Assembly (NCBI GenBank): GCA_964522405.1
Contig: CAZFTR010000003.1
Coordinates: 35,711 to 99,710 of the forward strand
Direction of reading: 5' to 3'
Source: an uncultured Gammaproteobacteria bacterium
GTDB taxonomy: Bacteria; Patescibacteriota; Patescibacteriia; Magasanikbacterales; UBA922
DNA: 64,000 nt
Under the pieces are notes generated by a model. That model ran no database searches and was not told the origin of the DNA. It saw only the letters and a list, made by a program, of their open reading frames with translations. Shown piece by piece: positions 1 through 10,312 of the stretch. Each line of letters starts with the position of its first letter. The stretch's first letter is position 1. Both the position numbers and the translations under genes were made by a program.

Positions 1-1364
1 AAAATTCAGGTCTTGATTTTCCAAATAACCACAAGATAATCATAAATCTTGCTCCGGCAAATCTCAAAAAAGAAGGGACTCAATATGATCTAGGTATGGC
101 AGTTGCCTTATATGCTTCTTACAATCCAAACATTTATTTACATGTCGAGGATTCTCTATTTATTGGCGAACTTTCTCTAGATGGAAAGGTTAGGCCAGTA
201 AATGGAGTATTGGCTATGACTATCTACGCTACCCAAAAACAATACAAAAAAATCTTTGTTCCAGATCAGAACTCAGAAGAGGCTAGCCTGGTAGATGGTA
301 TTTCTATTTTTCCAGTAAAATCTCTTTTGCAACTAATAAACCACATTTCAGGTGCTAATAAAATTAAAAAAATAAGAGAGAAAGTAAATAAAACAATCAA
401 TACCAAAGCAAAACACAGCGTTGACATGAGTCATATAAGAGGTCAATCATTCGCCAAAAGAGCTCTAGAAATAGCAGCAAGTGGATCACACAATATTTTA
501 CTCAATGGACCTCCCGGTTCTGGTAAAACTCTACTAGCCAAAGCATTACCAAGTATTTTACCAAGCCTCACCAAGCAAGAAGCTATTGAAATAACCAAAA
601 TTTATTCAGTTCTAGGTCTTCTCAACAGAGATACACCTCTTGTGTCCGAGCGCCCCTTTCGCTCTCCTCACCATAGCGCCAGTGCAGCCTCACTGGTTGG
701 CGGAGGAAAAATACCCAAACCCGGTGAAATATCCCTGTCACATCTCGGGGTTTTATTTCTCGATGAACTTCCCGAATTCCCCAGGTCTGTTCTCGAGCAT
801 CTGCGCCAACCTCTTGAAGATGGCAAAATAAATATTTCCAGATCTGGAGGAAGCGCCTGCTTTCCAGCTTCTTTTATGATGATCGCAAGTCAAAATCCCT
901 GCCCCTGTGGATTTGCCACTGATCCTAGAAAAGATTGTGTTTGTAACCCTATACAAATAGCTTCTTACAAGAAAAAAATAAGTGGCCCACTTCTTGACCG
1001 TATTGATATGCATATCGAGGTTCCAAGAGTTGATTTTACAACCCTAACAAAAGATGAAAGCTCAGAAAATTCAATCCTAATTCGCAGAAGGGTTGATCAT
1101 GCTAGAAATATACAAAGATCCAGATTAAAAAACACATCTCTTGATTGCAATGCAAACTTAGACCAAAACTCTATAAAAAAATTCTGTAAGCTAAACAAAG
1201 ATTGCATGGATCTAATCGAGCAAGCAGTAGAGAAGATGGGTCTTTCAGCGAGGGGTTTTTATAAGACTATAAAAGTAAGTAGAACTATAGCTGATCTCGA
1301 CTTAAACAACTCTATTGAAACGAAACACGTTGCTGAAGCTCTACAATACCGACAACTTGCTTAA
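1..1364 (+). CDS. comM: ComM/YifB-family AAA+ ATPase (Mg-chelatase-like), 5'-partial; reading frame is open to the left window edge
   Basis: Frame 3 is open from nt 3 (NSGLDFPNNHKIIINLAPANLKKEGTQYDLGMAVALYASY...). Walker A NGPPGSGKTLLAKAL, FLDELPEF, ISRSGGS and a C-terminal Mg-chelatase-type domain are present. Confidence 0.8.
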   Translation, partial: NSGLDFPNNHKIIINLAPANLKKEGTQYDLGMAVALYASYNPNIYLHVEDSLFIGELSLDGKVRPVNGVLAMTIYATQKQYKKIFVPDQNSEEASLVDGISIFPVKSLLQLINHISGANKIKKIREKVNKTINTKAKHSVDMSHIRGQSFAKRALEIAASGSHNILLNGPPGSGKTLLAKALPSILPSLTKQEAIEITKIYSVLGLLNRDTPLVSERPFRSPHHSASAASLVGGGKIPKPGEISLSHLGVLFLDELPEFPRSVLEHLRQPLEDGKINISRSGGSACFPASFMMIASQNPCPCGFATDPRKDCVCNPIQIASYKKKISGPLLDRIDMHIEVPRVDFTTLTKDESSENSILIRRRVDHARNIQRSRLKNTSLDCNANLDQNSIKKFCKLNKDCMDLIEQAVEKMGLSARGFYKTIKVSRTIADLDLNNSIETKHVAEALQYRQLA

Positions 1365-1405
1365 AAAACACCCTTTCGAGGGGTGTTTTAAAAACCTTTA
1401 TAATA

Positions 1406-2797
1406 TTATCGTCTTACATAACGAAGAGGGTTCTGTTTTCTACCATTTACCCTAACCTCAAAGTGAAGATGCGGACCTGTTGAGCGTCCAGTTGAACCCA
1501 TCAATGCTATAGTTTCTCCTTGACTAACCTGCTGACCAACTGAAACATACATTCCATCTGTTCTGTTATGAGCATATAAAGTATGAACCCCATTTCCATG
1601 ATCAATTATAATATAACAACCATAACCACCATTCCACCCACACTTTGATTTTATTATGCGACCGGATTTTGCTGCATATATTGCGCTTCCACTTTTTCCG
1701 GCAACATCAAGACCTGTATGTCTCCAACCATAATACTGAGTGATTATACGAGCTGCTGATGGCCAAATATAATTCTGCCCAGCAGGCGCGTTTACAGACG
1801 GTGGCGGTGCCACAACTCTACTAAATGTTTTGGAGGTTGTTCTGGTAGCAACATAACGAGCTTGCGGTTTTCTACCGTCAGGAACAACTAACTCTTCTCC
1901 AACTACAATATCTGAACCATCTGATTGCAATCTATTAAAGGCAATAACTTGATCTTGTTCAGCTTTGTATTTTTTGGATATTGCAGAAATTGTGTCTCCG
2001 CGTTTAACAGTATGGAGGACTCCATCTATTGGCAAAATCTTCAATGAGTCTCCAGGGCGAATATATGATCTAGCTGACAAACCATTTGCCCAGAGAATTG
2101 TCTCCACATCAATTCCATAACGCTTGGCAATATTACTAACAACATCACCCGGTTGAACTTCGTACTGCACAATTCTTGATCTCTTGACTTGTTCGCTTCC
2201 AGGCGCCACTGTTTCCAGGTCAGCCCCAGGTGCAATTATTGGCTTAGTAAGAGCATGTCCACCGGCACTTATTCCTGTTAGGTCCTGTGGTTCTGTCTCC
2301 ATCTCCACCCCAATTGATTCAGCAGGCTGATCCAAGACAATCGCACCCTCTTTCCAAGCTGACTGTATTGTTTCAAGCTCAGTATCAACTGTTTCACTAA
2401 TTATTTCCTCCAAATCAAAATCCTGCTCACCAGGACCCACCACTTTATAGAGTATGGTTTTATGCCCCGGAATACTATCATGCTCTTTTGAGTATAGCTT
2501 ACTCTGGGGAATCATTATTACCAACATTATTACCAACAAAAACACCTGAATTGAACCTCTCCTACCCAAGATCTCAAAAGTGCTATATTTATGAAGAAGA
2601 ATATGTTTTCTTATAAATTTACCTACATGAAAAGAAATTTTGTAAATGTAAAATCCCAGGGTTTTCTTGTAAAGATTATTTACCTTTATCAACCCTTTCC
2701 AAACCCGTGACAAAACAAAAAATAGGCCACGTTTAGCAAAAACTAGACCTCTTAGTAATGTCAGCATTACTTTGTAGAATAAATATCGTTTGTTCAT
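1406..2797 (-). CDS. Membrane-anchored LysM-repeat M23 metallo-endopeptidase (cell-wall hydrolase)
   Basis: N-terminal TM segment, two LysM-like repeats (GDTISAISKKYK..., GDVVSNIAKRYGI...), and a C-terminal M23 core (HTGLDVAG...IIIDHGNGVHTLYAHN...GSTGRSTGPHLHFEVR). Confidence 0.8.
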   Translation of the reverse strand: MNKRYLFYKVMLTLLRGLVFAKRGLFFVLSRVWKGLIKVNNLYKKTLGFYIYKISFHVGKFIRKHILLHKYSTFEILGRRGSIQVFLLVIMLVIMIPQSKLYSKEHDSIPGHKTILYKVVGPGEQDFDLEEIISETVDTELETIQSAWKEGAIVLDQPAESIGVEMETEPQDLTGISAGGHALTKPIIAPGADLETVAPGSEQVKRSRIVQYEVQPGDVVSNIAKRYGIDVETILWANGLSARSYIRPGDSLKILPIDGVLHTVKRGDTISAISKKYKAEQDQVIAFNRLQSDGSDIVVGEELVVPDGRKPQARYVATRTTSKTFSRVVAPPPSVNAPAGQNYIWPSAARIITQYYGWRHTGLDVAGKSGSAIYAAKSGRIIKSKCGWNGGYGCYIIIDHGNGVHTLYAHNRTDGMYVSVGQQVSQGETIALMGSTGRSTGPHLHFEVRVNGRKQNPLRYVRR

Positions 2798-2904
2798 GCT
2801 TTTTTACTATTCTATTTACTGTTTATAGAATTAATATTACCATAAATACCAGGGGATTGAAATTTTGTTTCAAATATGCTACACTGATGTAACTGAATAA
2901 CAAT

Positions 2905-2976
<72 letters not shown>

Positions 2977-3145
2977 CAAATCAATTAACAAGTAGTCCAG
3001 CAGAATAGCGGGATCCCTGCCAGAGGCGGGACAATTAACAACTAATAAATAACAAGTGGTATATCCGGATTATCAGGAGTCATCCGTAAATCCGAATACC
3101 TAAGTCAGTACCATCAACACACCAACCATCCACACCTGTCTATAA

Positions 3146-3176
3146 TTTAAAAACTCCCAAGCGGGAGTTTTTTATT
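3146..3176. terminator. Bidirectional rho-independent terminator (ACTCCC-AAGC-GGGAGT flanked by A-run and T-run)
   Basis: Perfect hairpin with T-tracts readable on both strands. It sits between tRNA-Cys (+) and the stop of the minus-strand 3D-domain gene. Confidence 0.7.
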
Positions 3177-3177
3177 T

Positions 3178-3735
3178 TTATCTATAGGGATAAACTTCCA
3201 TTTTCAACCACTTAACACCAAAGTTTTTGGCCTCTTCATAGGTTGGCATCCAGATATCAATCCTTCTACTTCCATTATATTTAGAATTCATTCTATCTCT
3301 TACAACAAAACCATAGTTTTCTAGCTCTGGAATTTCTGCGTCCACAAAACGAACCTGAGTACCAAGAGCCAAGAAATTGGCTGCTATTGAATCTGCCAGT
3401 CCATATTTTTCATAGTACTGACACAGATCAAAGTTTGACATGGCCGGAATACATGGAGTACTGTCTGTCTGCCAAACATCACTTGAATAAGCTGTTGCCA
3501 AAACCCAAACTTCATATTTTGGTTTTACATCTGCAATCTCTGGAAGCACCACATCAGATTTCTGAGTAAATATTTCTGTTTCAAAAATTTCAGAAACAGC
3601 CTTTACCACATCAAAACTTCCGGCTTTTACAGCCTGAGGAAAAGCACTGGTCAGAAAAATACTAAACAAAAGTACTGTAGTTATAAAACCAACAATCAGT
3701 TCTCTATAAGTCTTTTTTAATAGTTTTTTATTCAT
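3178..3735 (-). CDS. 3D-domain (RlpA/MltA-like double-psi beta-barrel) cell-wall-binding protein with N-terminal TM anchor
   Basis: Signal/TM region LIVGFITTVLLFSIFL. C-terminal 3D-like block TAYSS...QTDSTPC...GTQVRF...GFVVRDRM...RIDIWM with three conserved Asp. Confidence 0.6.
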   Translation of the reverse strand: MNKKLLKKTYRELIVGFITTVLLFSIFLTSAFPQAVKAGSFDVVKAVSEIFETEIFTQKSDVVLPEIADVKPKYEVWVLATAYSSDVWQTDSTPCIPAMSNFDLCQYYEKYGLADSIAANFLALGTQVRFVDAEIPELENYGFVVRDRMNSKYNGSRRIDIWMPTYEEAKNFGVKWLKMEVYPYR

Positions 3736-3856
3736 AAATTTCTTAAATACAAAACCCTAGTATAAACTAGGGCAAGCCGTCTTTCATTGACGCCGAAGTA
3801 TACCATAGTGACTAGTGTTTGTCAATGTGATAAACTAGATACTGTAAGTTTTATTC

Positions 3857-3885
3857 TTGACTTTTATTGATTTCTTTGCTAGAAT
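3857..3885 (+). promoter_or_regulatory. Sigma-70-like promoter TTGACT-17-TAGAAT upstream of the PBP gene
   Basis: Hexamers read directly from sequence with 17-nt spacing, about 27 nt before the ATG at 3912. Confidence 0.4.
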
Positions 3886-3911
3886 AAGCCAAAAAAACAT
3901 ATACACTTTTT

Positions 3912-6779
3912 ATGCACAAACCAAAATTAAACAAAAGATCTTACGGTTATATAAAAGGAAAAAAGAAAAAAGCCCTAAAAGTCTTGAAAAAGAAAAGGGC
4001 TAAACTTCAAGGCCGTTTTCCTAATTTGAAAAGAAAAATTTTTGTCTGGACTAGCATGCTCGCTGTCTTTGGTCTTCTTTTTTTGACCATTTTTGTTGCT
4101 TGGGTAAGCAAGGATCTACCTGATCCTGATAAACTAACAGACCGACAGGTTGCTGAAAGTACAAAAATTTATGACAAAACCGGAGAGCATCTTCTCTACG
4201 AAATTTACTCTGATGAAAAACGTACATTGGTAGACCTTGATGAAATTCCCCAATACCTAATTGATGGTGTTATAGCAACTGAAGATACTAAATTCTATGA
4301 ACACAAAGGAATTAGACCTCTGAGTATTTTGAGAGCTTTTGTTTATGGTGTCTTCACAACCAAACGAGTGGCTGGGACCTCAACCTTAACCCAACAACTG
4401 GTAAAAAATGCTATTCTTACCAACGAGAGAACTATAACCAGAAAGATAAAAGAGGCTGTACTCTCAGTTCGTCTTGAACAAAAATATACTAAGGATCAAA
4501 TACTTAAAATTTATTTTAATGAAATACCATACGGATCCACAAACTACGGAGTAGAAGCTGCATCTCAAAGCTATTTTGGAAAACATGTTTCAGACTTGAG
4601 TTTAGCAGAAGCTGCAACACTGGCAGGAATTCCCAAAGCTCCGACAACCTATCTAAATAACCCTGAGCGTCTTTTAGAAAGAAGAAATTTCGTACTAAGA
4701 AGAATGTCAGAAGAAGGTTATATTACAGAAGAGCAGGCAAAAGAGGCCAAAGAACAAGAACTTGAACTGCAACAAAAATTTTCAGACATAAAAGCTCCTC
4801 ATTTTGTACTATACGTGAGAAAACAACTAGTTGAAAAATATGGAGAAAACACAGTTGACACTGGAGGGTTAAAAGTTATAACCACCCTTGATTGGGGAAA
4901 ACAACAAATCGCTGAAAAAGTAATGGAAGAAAAAGGTACTGAAGTTCTTGAGAAAGGCGGTGCAAATAACGCAGCCCTGATTTCACTTGACCCAAAGACA
5001 AACCAAATCATCGCCATGCTAGGATCCAAGGATTTTTTTGATGATTCTATAAATGGACAGTTCAATGTTGCTACTCTTGGAAGAAGACAGCCCGGATCTT
5101 CTATAAAACCAATCATTTATACTGCCAGCTTTGAAAAAGGATACACACCTGAGACCATCCTATTTGATTCTGTTACCAATTTTGCAGTATCAGGAAAAAA
5201 ATACACACCTTTAAACTATGATTTTCAAGAGAGAGGTTCAGTTAGCATGAGACAAGCTCTTCAGGGATCTTTAAATATTCCAGCAGTAAAAACACTTTAC
5301 TTGGTAGGAATAAATCAAGCTATTGAGTTTGCCAACAAACTAGGATACACCACCTTTAACAAAGACACAGTGGGGTTATCACTGGTTCTTGGTGGTGGAG
5401 AAGTAAATATGCTGGAACATGCCGGGGCCTATGCTGTTTTTGCCAACAAAGGTGTTAAACACAAAGAAATGATTAGTATCTTAAGAGTTGAAGACAAGGA
5501 TGGACAAGTTCTTGAAGAGTGGAAGAAAAAAAGAGGTGAAAAAGTTATTGACAAAGATCTTGCTGCACTAATTTCAAACGTTTTAAGCGATGATGAAGCT
5601 AGAGGATACGCTTTTGGAACTGGCGGAGTTTTAACACTCCCAGGAAGACCTGTAGCAGCAAAAACAGGAACAACCAATGGCTATGTTGACGGTTGGACAA
5701 TTGGATATACACCAAGTATCGTAACTGCTGTCTGGGCAGGAAATACAAATAATACACCTATGAAATTAGGATTTGGAGGAAGTGGTGTTGCCGGACCTAT
5801 TTGGAAAGGGTTTATGAGTGAAGCATTAAAAGATACTCCGGTTGAAAGCTTTCCAGAACCACCAAAAAACAAATCCAAAAAAGCCATACTCAAAGGATCA
5901 CATGGTGGGGGGGTAACACTTCTAGTTGATAAAGTTACCAACAAGCTAGCAACCAGCTCAACACCAGAAGAATATATTGTTGAAAGAACTTACATCCTTC
6001 CACACAGTATATTACACTATGTAAACAAAGATGATCCTCAAGGAGACCTTCCTGAAAACCCAGCAGATGATCCTCAATACCAAATATGGGAAAATTCAAT
6101 TCAGGATTGGATTAAAAGAAAAAAAGAAGAAGACCCTGAATGGGAAATAAGTTTTGAAGAGCCCCCAACTGAATATGACAATCTTCATTCACTTGAGCTA
6201 ATTCCAAAACTTGAAATTGTCTATCCTGCACCAAGCTCTACAATTACCAGCAGACAAATAAATACAGATATTAGAGTAACAGCTCCTCGCGGAGTTACCA
6301 AGGTCACATTTAGAATTGATGGAAAATATGTAGCAGTTGTTCGTCAGCATCCTTTTAATTTGAACTACTTTGCAGGTGATATTGACCCAGGAAAACACAC
6401 GCTTACAATTATTGTAGAAGATGATGTTGGAAACAAACTAGAGAAAGAAACTATTTTTATACTTGAAGCCGGTGAAGCACAACCAAGTGCTCAATGGACA
6501 AACCTTGGCAGCGAAATAGAACAAAGCTCATTTCCAAAAACACTATCAATAATACCAAGTAGAATTGATAAGATAGAATCTTTGGAAATTATAGCCAAAA
6601 AAGAAGATCAACAAATCTCGATTAAATCCATAGATAGTTTTGATAATCTTTTTAACGATAGTATTATTTTTAAGTGGGAAAATGCTCCTGAAAAAGGAGA
6701 TTGGCAAGTGTCTGCAAAAATAAAACTCAACAATGGAGACGAGATAGAATCAGGAAAAAGAACAGTTACTATAAATTAA
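3912..6779 (+). CDS. Class A penicillin-binding protein (glycosyltransferase GT51 + transpeptidase) with a long C-terminal Ig-like extension
   Basis: GT51 motifs EDTKFYEHKGIRP and GTSTLTQQLVKN. Transpeptidase motifs SGSSIKP (SxxK), SLN and KTGTT. N-terminal TM helix. Confidence 0.9.
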   Translation: MHKPKLNKRSYGYIKGKKKKALKVLKKKRAKLQGRFPNLKRKIFVWTSMLAVFGLLFLTIFVAWVSKDLPDPDKLTDRQVAESTKIYDKTGEHLLYEIYSDEKRTLVDLDEIPQYLIDGVIATEDTKFYEHKGIRPLSILRAFVYGVFTTKRVAGTSTLTQQLVKNAILTNERTITRKIKEAVLSVRLEQKYTKDQILKIYFNEIPYGSTNYGVEAASQSYFGKHVSDLSLAEAATLAGIPKAPTTYLNNPERLLERRNFVLRRMSEEGYITEEQAKEAKEQELELQQKFSDIKAPHFVLYVRKQLVEKYGENTVDTGGLKVITTLDWGKQQIAEKVMEEKGTEVLEKGGANNAALISLDPKTNQIIAMLGSKDFFDDSINGQFNVATLGRRQPGSSIKPIIYTASFEKGYTPETILFDSVTNFAVSGKKYTPLNYDFQERGSVSMRQALQGSLNIPAVKTLYLVGINQAIEFANKLGYTTFNKDTVGLSLVLGGGEVNMLEHAGAYAVFANKGVKHKEMISILRVEDKDGQVLEEWKKKRGEKVIDKDLAALISNVLSDDEARGYAFGTGGVLTLPGRPVAAKTGTTNGYVDGWTIGYTPSIVTAVWAGNTNNTPMKLGFGGSGVAGPIWKGFMSEALKDTPVESFPEPPKNKSKKAILKGSHGGGVTLLVDKVTNKLATSSTPEEYIVERTYILPHSILHYVNKDDPQGDLPENPADDPQYQIWENSIQDWIKRKKEEDPEWEISFEEPPTEYDNLHSLELIPKLEIVYPAPSSTITSRQINTDIRVTAPRGVTKVTFRIDGKYVAVVRQHPFNLNYFAGDIDPGKHTLTIIVEDDVGNKLEKETIFILEAGEAQPSAQWTNLGSEIEQSSFPKTLSIIPSRIDKIESLEIIAKKEDQQISIKSIDSFDNLFNDSIIFKWENAPEKGDWQVSAKIKLNNGDEIESGKRTVTIN

Positions 6780-6805
6780 ATATCAAAAAATCGATTAACA
6801 ATCAT

Positions 6806-6836
6806 AAATCCGCCTTTACGGGCGGATTTATTTTTT
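6806..6836. terminator. Bidirectional terminator AAATCCGCC-loop-GGCGGATTT with flanking A and T runs
   Basis: Hairpin read directly from sequence. It lies between the convergent PBP (+) and dnaN (-) genes. Confidence 0.7.
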
Positions 6837-6844
6837 ATAAAAAA

Positions 6845-7969
6845 TTACTGCCTAATAGGCATGACTATATAAAGATAATTATCTTTTTCTTTTGGTTTAA
6901 ACAAGCAAGGTGCATCACCACTATTCACGCAAAACTCAACACCGTCAGTTTGAAGATTCTGGAGACCGTCGAGGACATAGCGATGATTTAATAAAATTGA
7001 ATTTTCTTCACCACTTACCTCAGTATCAATAGCTGAACTATGTTCACCTGTTTGAGTACTTACAGAAGAAATACCTACTGAATTTTCTGAAGCATTTAAA
7101 TCAAAAGAAACTGCATTTACCCCAACAGTAGTAAACAAACTAGCTGCTTTTATTTTCTTAGTAACAATATCAAGCGGAAGAACTGTTGTCGTTTTAAAAT
7201 TTGTTGGAATTATCTGAGTGTAATCTGGATAACTACCATCAATAAGCCTAGCGGTTAACTCAAAACTATCATAGCGTAGCGCTATTTGATTTTCACTGAC
7301 CCAAAGTCTAGCTTGAGTTTCTGAATCAATATTCTTACCAACTCCAAGCAATCTAACCATCTCATTAACAACCCGACCAGGAACAATGCAATTAACAGAG
7401 TCAGAACCTTGTAAAACATCTATTTTAACCTCAGCAAGCCGATATGAATCTGTAGCCGCCAGTATTAAACCCCTAGCTCCGTCTTTGAAAAAAGAAAAGT
7501 AAACCCCTGACAGTTCTGGTCGTATTTCATTTTTGGCCACAGCTATCACAGCACGCGACAACGCTTCTTTTAGCGCAATAGCGTCCAGAGTAAAAGCATG
7601 ACTCTCCTCAACTTCAGGTATAACTGGATACTCATCAGAAGGTGATCCTTTTATTTTTGTACTTGAATTACCACATTTTACATTCAACTCATTGCCAACA
7701 AGAGAAATTTCTATCTGCTCATCACCTAGGAGACGAACATAATCTGAAATAGTTTTAGCTGGTACGCTAAACGAACCCTTTTCCTCTACGCGTGCCCGAA
7801 TAGTGGTTTTAACTGCTGATTCTAGGTTTGTAGAACTTAGTACAACACTGGAATCTGTAGCTTCTATGAGAATATTGGATAGTATAGGTAAACTGGTTTG
7901 TTTACCTGCAAGGGTGCTTGAGATATCCAGAGCATGTGTTAAATTTTCTCGAGTACATGTGAATTTCAT
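6845..7969 (-). CDS. dnaN: DNA polymerase III beta sliding clamp
   Basis: Typical DnaN N-terminus MKFTCTRENLTHALDISSTLAGKQTSLPILSNILIEA. The roughly 370-aa length fits a three-domain clamp. It lies immediately downstream of dnaA. Confidence 0.9.
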   Translation of the reverse strand: MKFTCTRENLTHALDISSTLAGKQTSLPILSNILIEATDSSVVLSSTNLESAVKTTIRARVEEKGSFSVPAKTISDYVRLLGDEQIEISLVGNELNVKCGNSSTKIKGSPSDEYPVIPEVEESHAFTLDAIALKEALSRAVIAVAKNEIRPELSGVYFSFFKDGARGLILAATDSYRLAEVKIDVLQGSDSVNCIVPGRVVNEMVRLLGVGKNIDSETQARLWVSENQIALRYDSFELTARLIDGSYPDYTQIIPTNFKTTTVLPLDIVTKKIKAASLFTTVGVNAVSFDLNASENSVGISSVSTQTGEHSSAIDTEVSGEENSILLNHRYVLDGLQNLQTDGVEFCVNSGDAPCLFKPKEKDNYLYIVMPIRQ

Positions 7970-8226
7970 GTCCTGTCCGTTTATATATATATAAATAACT
8001 AGTAATTGGTAATAGGGGCTGTGGATTATGTTGATAACTTTATTTTTTGTTTAGTTTTAGCTGAGTTTTTAGGTTTGTTGATGTTAGTAATTGGTGTAAG
8101 TTTTTTGAATAATCTGTTGATATTTTTTTGTGTAAATTTTTTCTTGTGGATATTATCTGGATATTTGTTTTTTTATTTACATTTTATTAATATGTTTTTG
8201 AATAGTTTATTGACAAGTTACTAACA
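7970..8226. promoter_or_regulatory. dnaA-dnaN intergenic origin-associated region, T-rich with DnaA-box-like 9-mers
   Basis: TGTGGATTA at 8020-8028 and TGTGGATAT at 8145-8153, against the consensus TGTGGATAA. The region is strongly T-skewed and AT-rich. The 72-aa ORF 8006..8224 is a low-complexity artefact. Confidence 0.5.
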
Positions 8227-9609
8227 TTATTTTGTTTGTGAATACAGTCTTTGTTTGATAAATTCAATATCTTGTTTTAGTTTTAAGTCATCTTCTATGT
8301 TTGAGGAGATCTTGGTGTGGGCATGCATCGCTGTTGTGTGATCTCTTCCGCCGAGTTCGTCACCAATTGCAGGGTATGAAAGTTTTAATTCCTCTCTTAG
8401 TAAAAACATGATAATTTGTCGTGGGAAAGCTAATCTTTTTTCTCTACTCTTTCCAAGAACATCTTCTATTTGAATGTCAAAGTATTCTGCAACTTCTGAA
8501 ATCATTTCTCTCGGAGTTGTTGATTTTTTCATGCTCTGTTCTTCAAAACTTGCAAGTGCGGATTTTACAGATTCCTTCGAAGGTTCTATGTTCTTGAGTT
8601 GATGTAAAGCTATTACTTTGTTTAGAGCGCCTTCGAGCTCTCGAATATTGTTGTGAATATTAATTGCGATTAAGTTTAGAAAATCTGGATCAATTTCAAA
8701 ATTTTTCTCTTGAGCCTTTGATTGTAGAATAGCTAGTCGAGTTTCAAGATCAGGATTTGAAATGTCAGCAATCATCCCCCATTCAAATCTGCTTCTTAAA
8801 CGATCTTCAAGGGCTGGAATTGCTTTTGGTGGTCTGTCACTGGTTAGTACAACCTGCTTTCCTTGTTGGTGAAGTTCATTGAAAGTATGAAAAAATTCTT
8901 CTTGGGTTTGTTCTTTTCCAGCGATAAATTGAATGTCATCAATAAGTAGAAGGTCAACTGTTCTGTATTTATCTTTGAATTCTTTTGCTCTTCCTTCTTT
9001 TACAGAACTTACAAATTCATTGGTGAATTTTTCTGAACTAACATAAAGAATTTTTGTTTGAGGGTTTGCTTCCAGCATGGCCTGTCCTATTGCTTGGATA
9101 AGATGAGTTTTACCAAGTCCTACACCACCATATATAAAGAGTGGGTTATAAGCCTCTCCCGGGCGGTCAGCAACAGCGTGTGCAGCTGCATTGGCAAGCT
9201 CATTTCCTTTTCCAACAATAAAATTATCAAATGTGTAATTTGGGTTAAGACCAAAACGTGAAGCGCGTTGATTTTTGGCAGCTGGTTTGTAAATAGGAGT
9301 GTTTTTTGTGGAAACACTTGGTTCTTCTGAAGAGGTGCATTCGTATTCATCAATATTTTTTATATTTTCAACAGCATACTCTACTCTTTTGATTGGTTTG
9401 CCGGTAATTCTCTCAAGAGATTTTACTAGAGTTGAATGATATTTTTTTTCTAACCAGCTTTTGGTAAAAGTATTTGGTACACAAATTACGATTTCTCCCT
9501 TTTCAAACTTAGCAATACCTGTGTTTCTAAACCAGGTAGTAAAATTTGCTTTTGATAGTTTGAGTTCAAAATCAGCAAGAATAGCTTGCCAGACTTCGTA
9601 ATTTGTCAT
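8227..9609 (-). CDS. dnaA: Chromosomal replication initiator DnaA
   Basis: AAA+ Walker A GGVGLGKTHLIQAIG, sensor motifs, and a C-terminal DNA-binding domain (TTAMHAHTKI). Confidence 0.95.
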   Translation of the reverse strand: MTNYEVWQAILADFELKLSKANFTTWFRNTGIAKFEKGEIVICVPNTFTKSWLEKKYHSTLVKSLERITGKPIKRVEYAVENIKNIDEYECTSSEEPSVSTKNTPIYKPAAKNQRASRFGLNPNYTFDNFIVGKGNELANAAAHAVADRPGEAYNPLFIYGGVGLGKTHLIQAIGQAMLEANPQTKILYVSSEKFTNEFVSSVKEGRAKEFKDKYRTVDLLLIDDIQFIAGKEQTQEEFFHTFNELHQQGKQVVLTSDRPPKAIPALEDRLRSRFEWGMIADISNPDLETRLAILQSKAQEKNFEIDPDFLNLIAINIHNNIRELEGALNKVIALHQLKNIEPSKESVKSALASFEEQSMKKSTTPREMISEVAEYFDIQIEDVLGKSREKRLAFPRQIIMFLLREELKLSYPAIGDELGGRDHTTAMHAHTKISSNIEDDLKLKQDIEFIKQRLYSQTK

Positions 9610-9790
9610 AATAATTTTTTTGAAAAACTAAGACCGTTAATCCATTGTATCACAGAACTTGATAACCCAAAATGTTCTGAATAAATAAAAAGTGAGTAAG
9701 ATGTGGAAAGGCTGTGGATTGTGTGGATAATTATTTAATGAAAAGAGATTTTTTTATTTAAATTTAGTGCTATTTCGGAAATAAAAAAAC
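9610..9790. promoter_or_regulatory. Candidate oriC core upstream of dnaA: DnaA-box cluster plus AT-rich unwinding stretch
   Basis: Perfect TGTGGATAA at 9722-9730. Adjacent CTGTGGATT (9712-9720) and ATGTGGAAA (9701-9709). These are followed by an AT-rich tract (GATTTTTTTATTTAAATTTAG...). Confidence 0.6.
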
Positions 9791-9848
9791 CGCCAATCCT
9801 CCTGTTTAAATTATGGTTTTTCATAAGCTAAACAGGCGGGCGGTTCTT
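9785..9848 (-). terminator. Long imperfect hairpin followed by a T-run on the minus strand; terminator for the GC-rich PGBD gene
   Basis: Minus-strand read: GAACCGCCCGCCTGTTTA...TAAACAGGAGGATTGGCGGTT then TTTTTTTATTT. Confidence 0.5.
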
Positions 9849-9931
9849 CATGAACTTTTCACCTTGGGGGGTGGCTGAATCAGCCGTAGGAAGGTGGGGT
9901 GTGTGGCGGGTGTGAGGGTTGAGGGTCAGCT

Positions 9932-10312
9932 CTAGTAGAGCAGTTCGGGCTCCGGGTAGAAGCCGTCCTCGCAGACCAGGGCGATCAGCGCCAGCTTGGT
10001 CGCGTCGTTGAACTCGCCATCGACCTGGACCTGCTCGCTCTCCTCGCTACCGTGGAGGATGAGGGCGGTCTGGAGCAGGCGCACGTCCCAGCCGGCGTCC
10101 TTCGGGTACATGACCTCGGCCCGGTACATCTGGTTGATGGTGGGCTCGTTGATCTCACCGGTGATCTCGAACTCGTCGTTGTCCTCCTGGTAGCTGCTCA
10201 GGGCCTGCCGAGTGCAGGGACCGAGCTCGCCATCGATCAGCAGCTCGCCGTCGGCGTCGTAGCCCTTGAGGGTCAGGAAGGCCTGGACCTGTCGGATCAG
10301 TTTGACATTCAT
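9932..10312 (-). CDS. Small protein with two peptidoglycan-binding (PGBD/PG_binding_1-like) repeats; gene is strongly GC-rich relative to its surroundings
   Basis: Repeats VQAFLTLKGYDADGELLIDGELGPCTRQALSSYQ and LLQTALILHGSEESEQVQVDGEFNDATKLALIAL. GAGGAG Shine-Dalgarno upstream. GC-rich codon third positions. Confidence 0.55.
   Translation of the reverse strand: MNVKLIRQVQAFLTLKGYDADGELLIDGELGPCTRQALSSYQEDNDEFEITGEINEPTINQMYRAEVMYPKDAGWDVRLLQTALILHGSEESEQVQVDGEFNDATKLALIALVCEDGFYPEPELLY

Noticed and set aside
8006-8224. 72-aa ORF (MVIGAVDYVDNFIFCLVLAEFLGLL...) between dnaA and dnaN
   Set aside because: Extremely Phe/Leu-rich and low-complexity. It arises from the T-rich strand bias of the origin spacer, and the region carries DnaA-box-like repeats instead.
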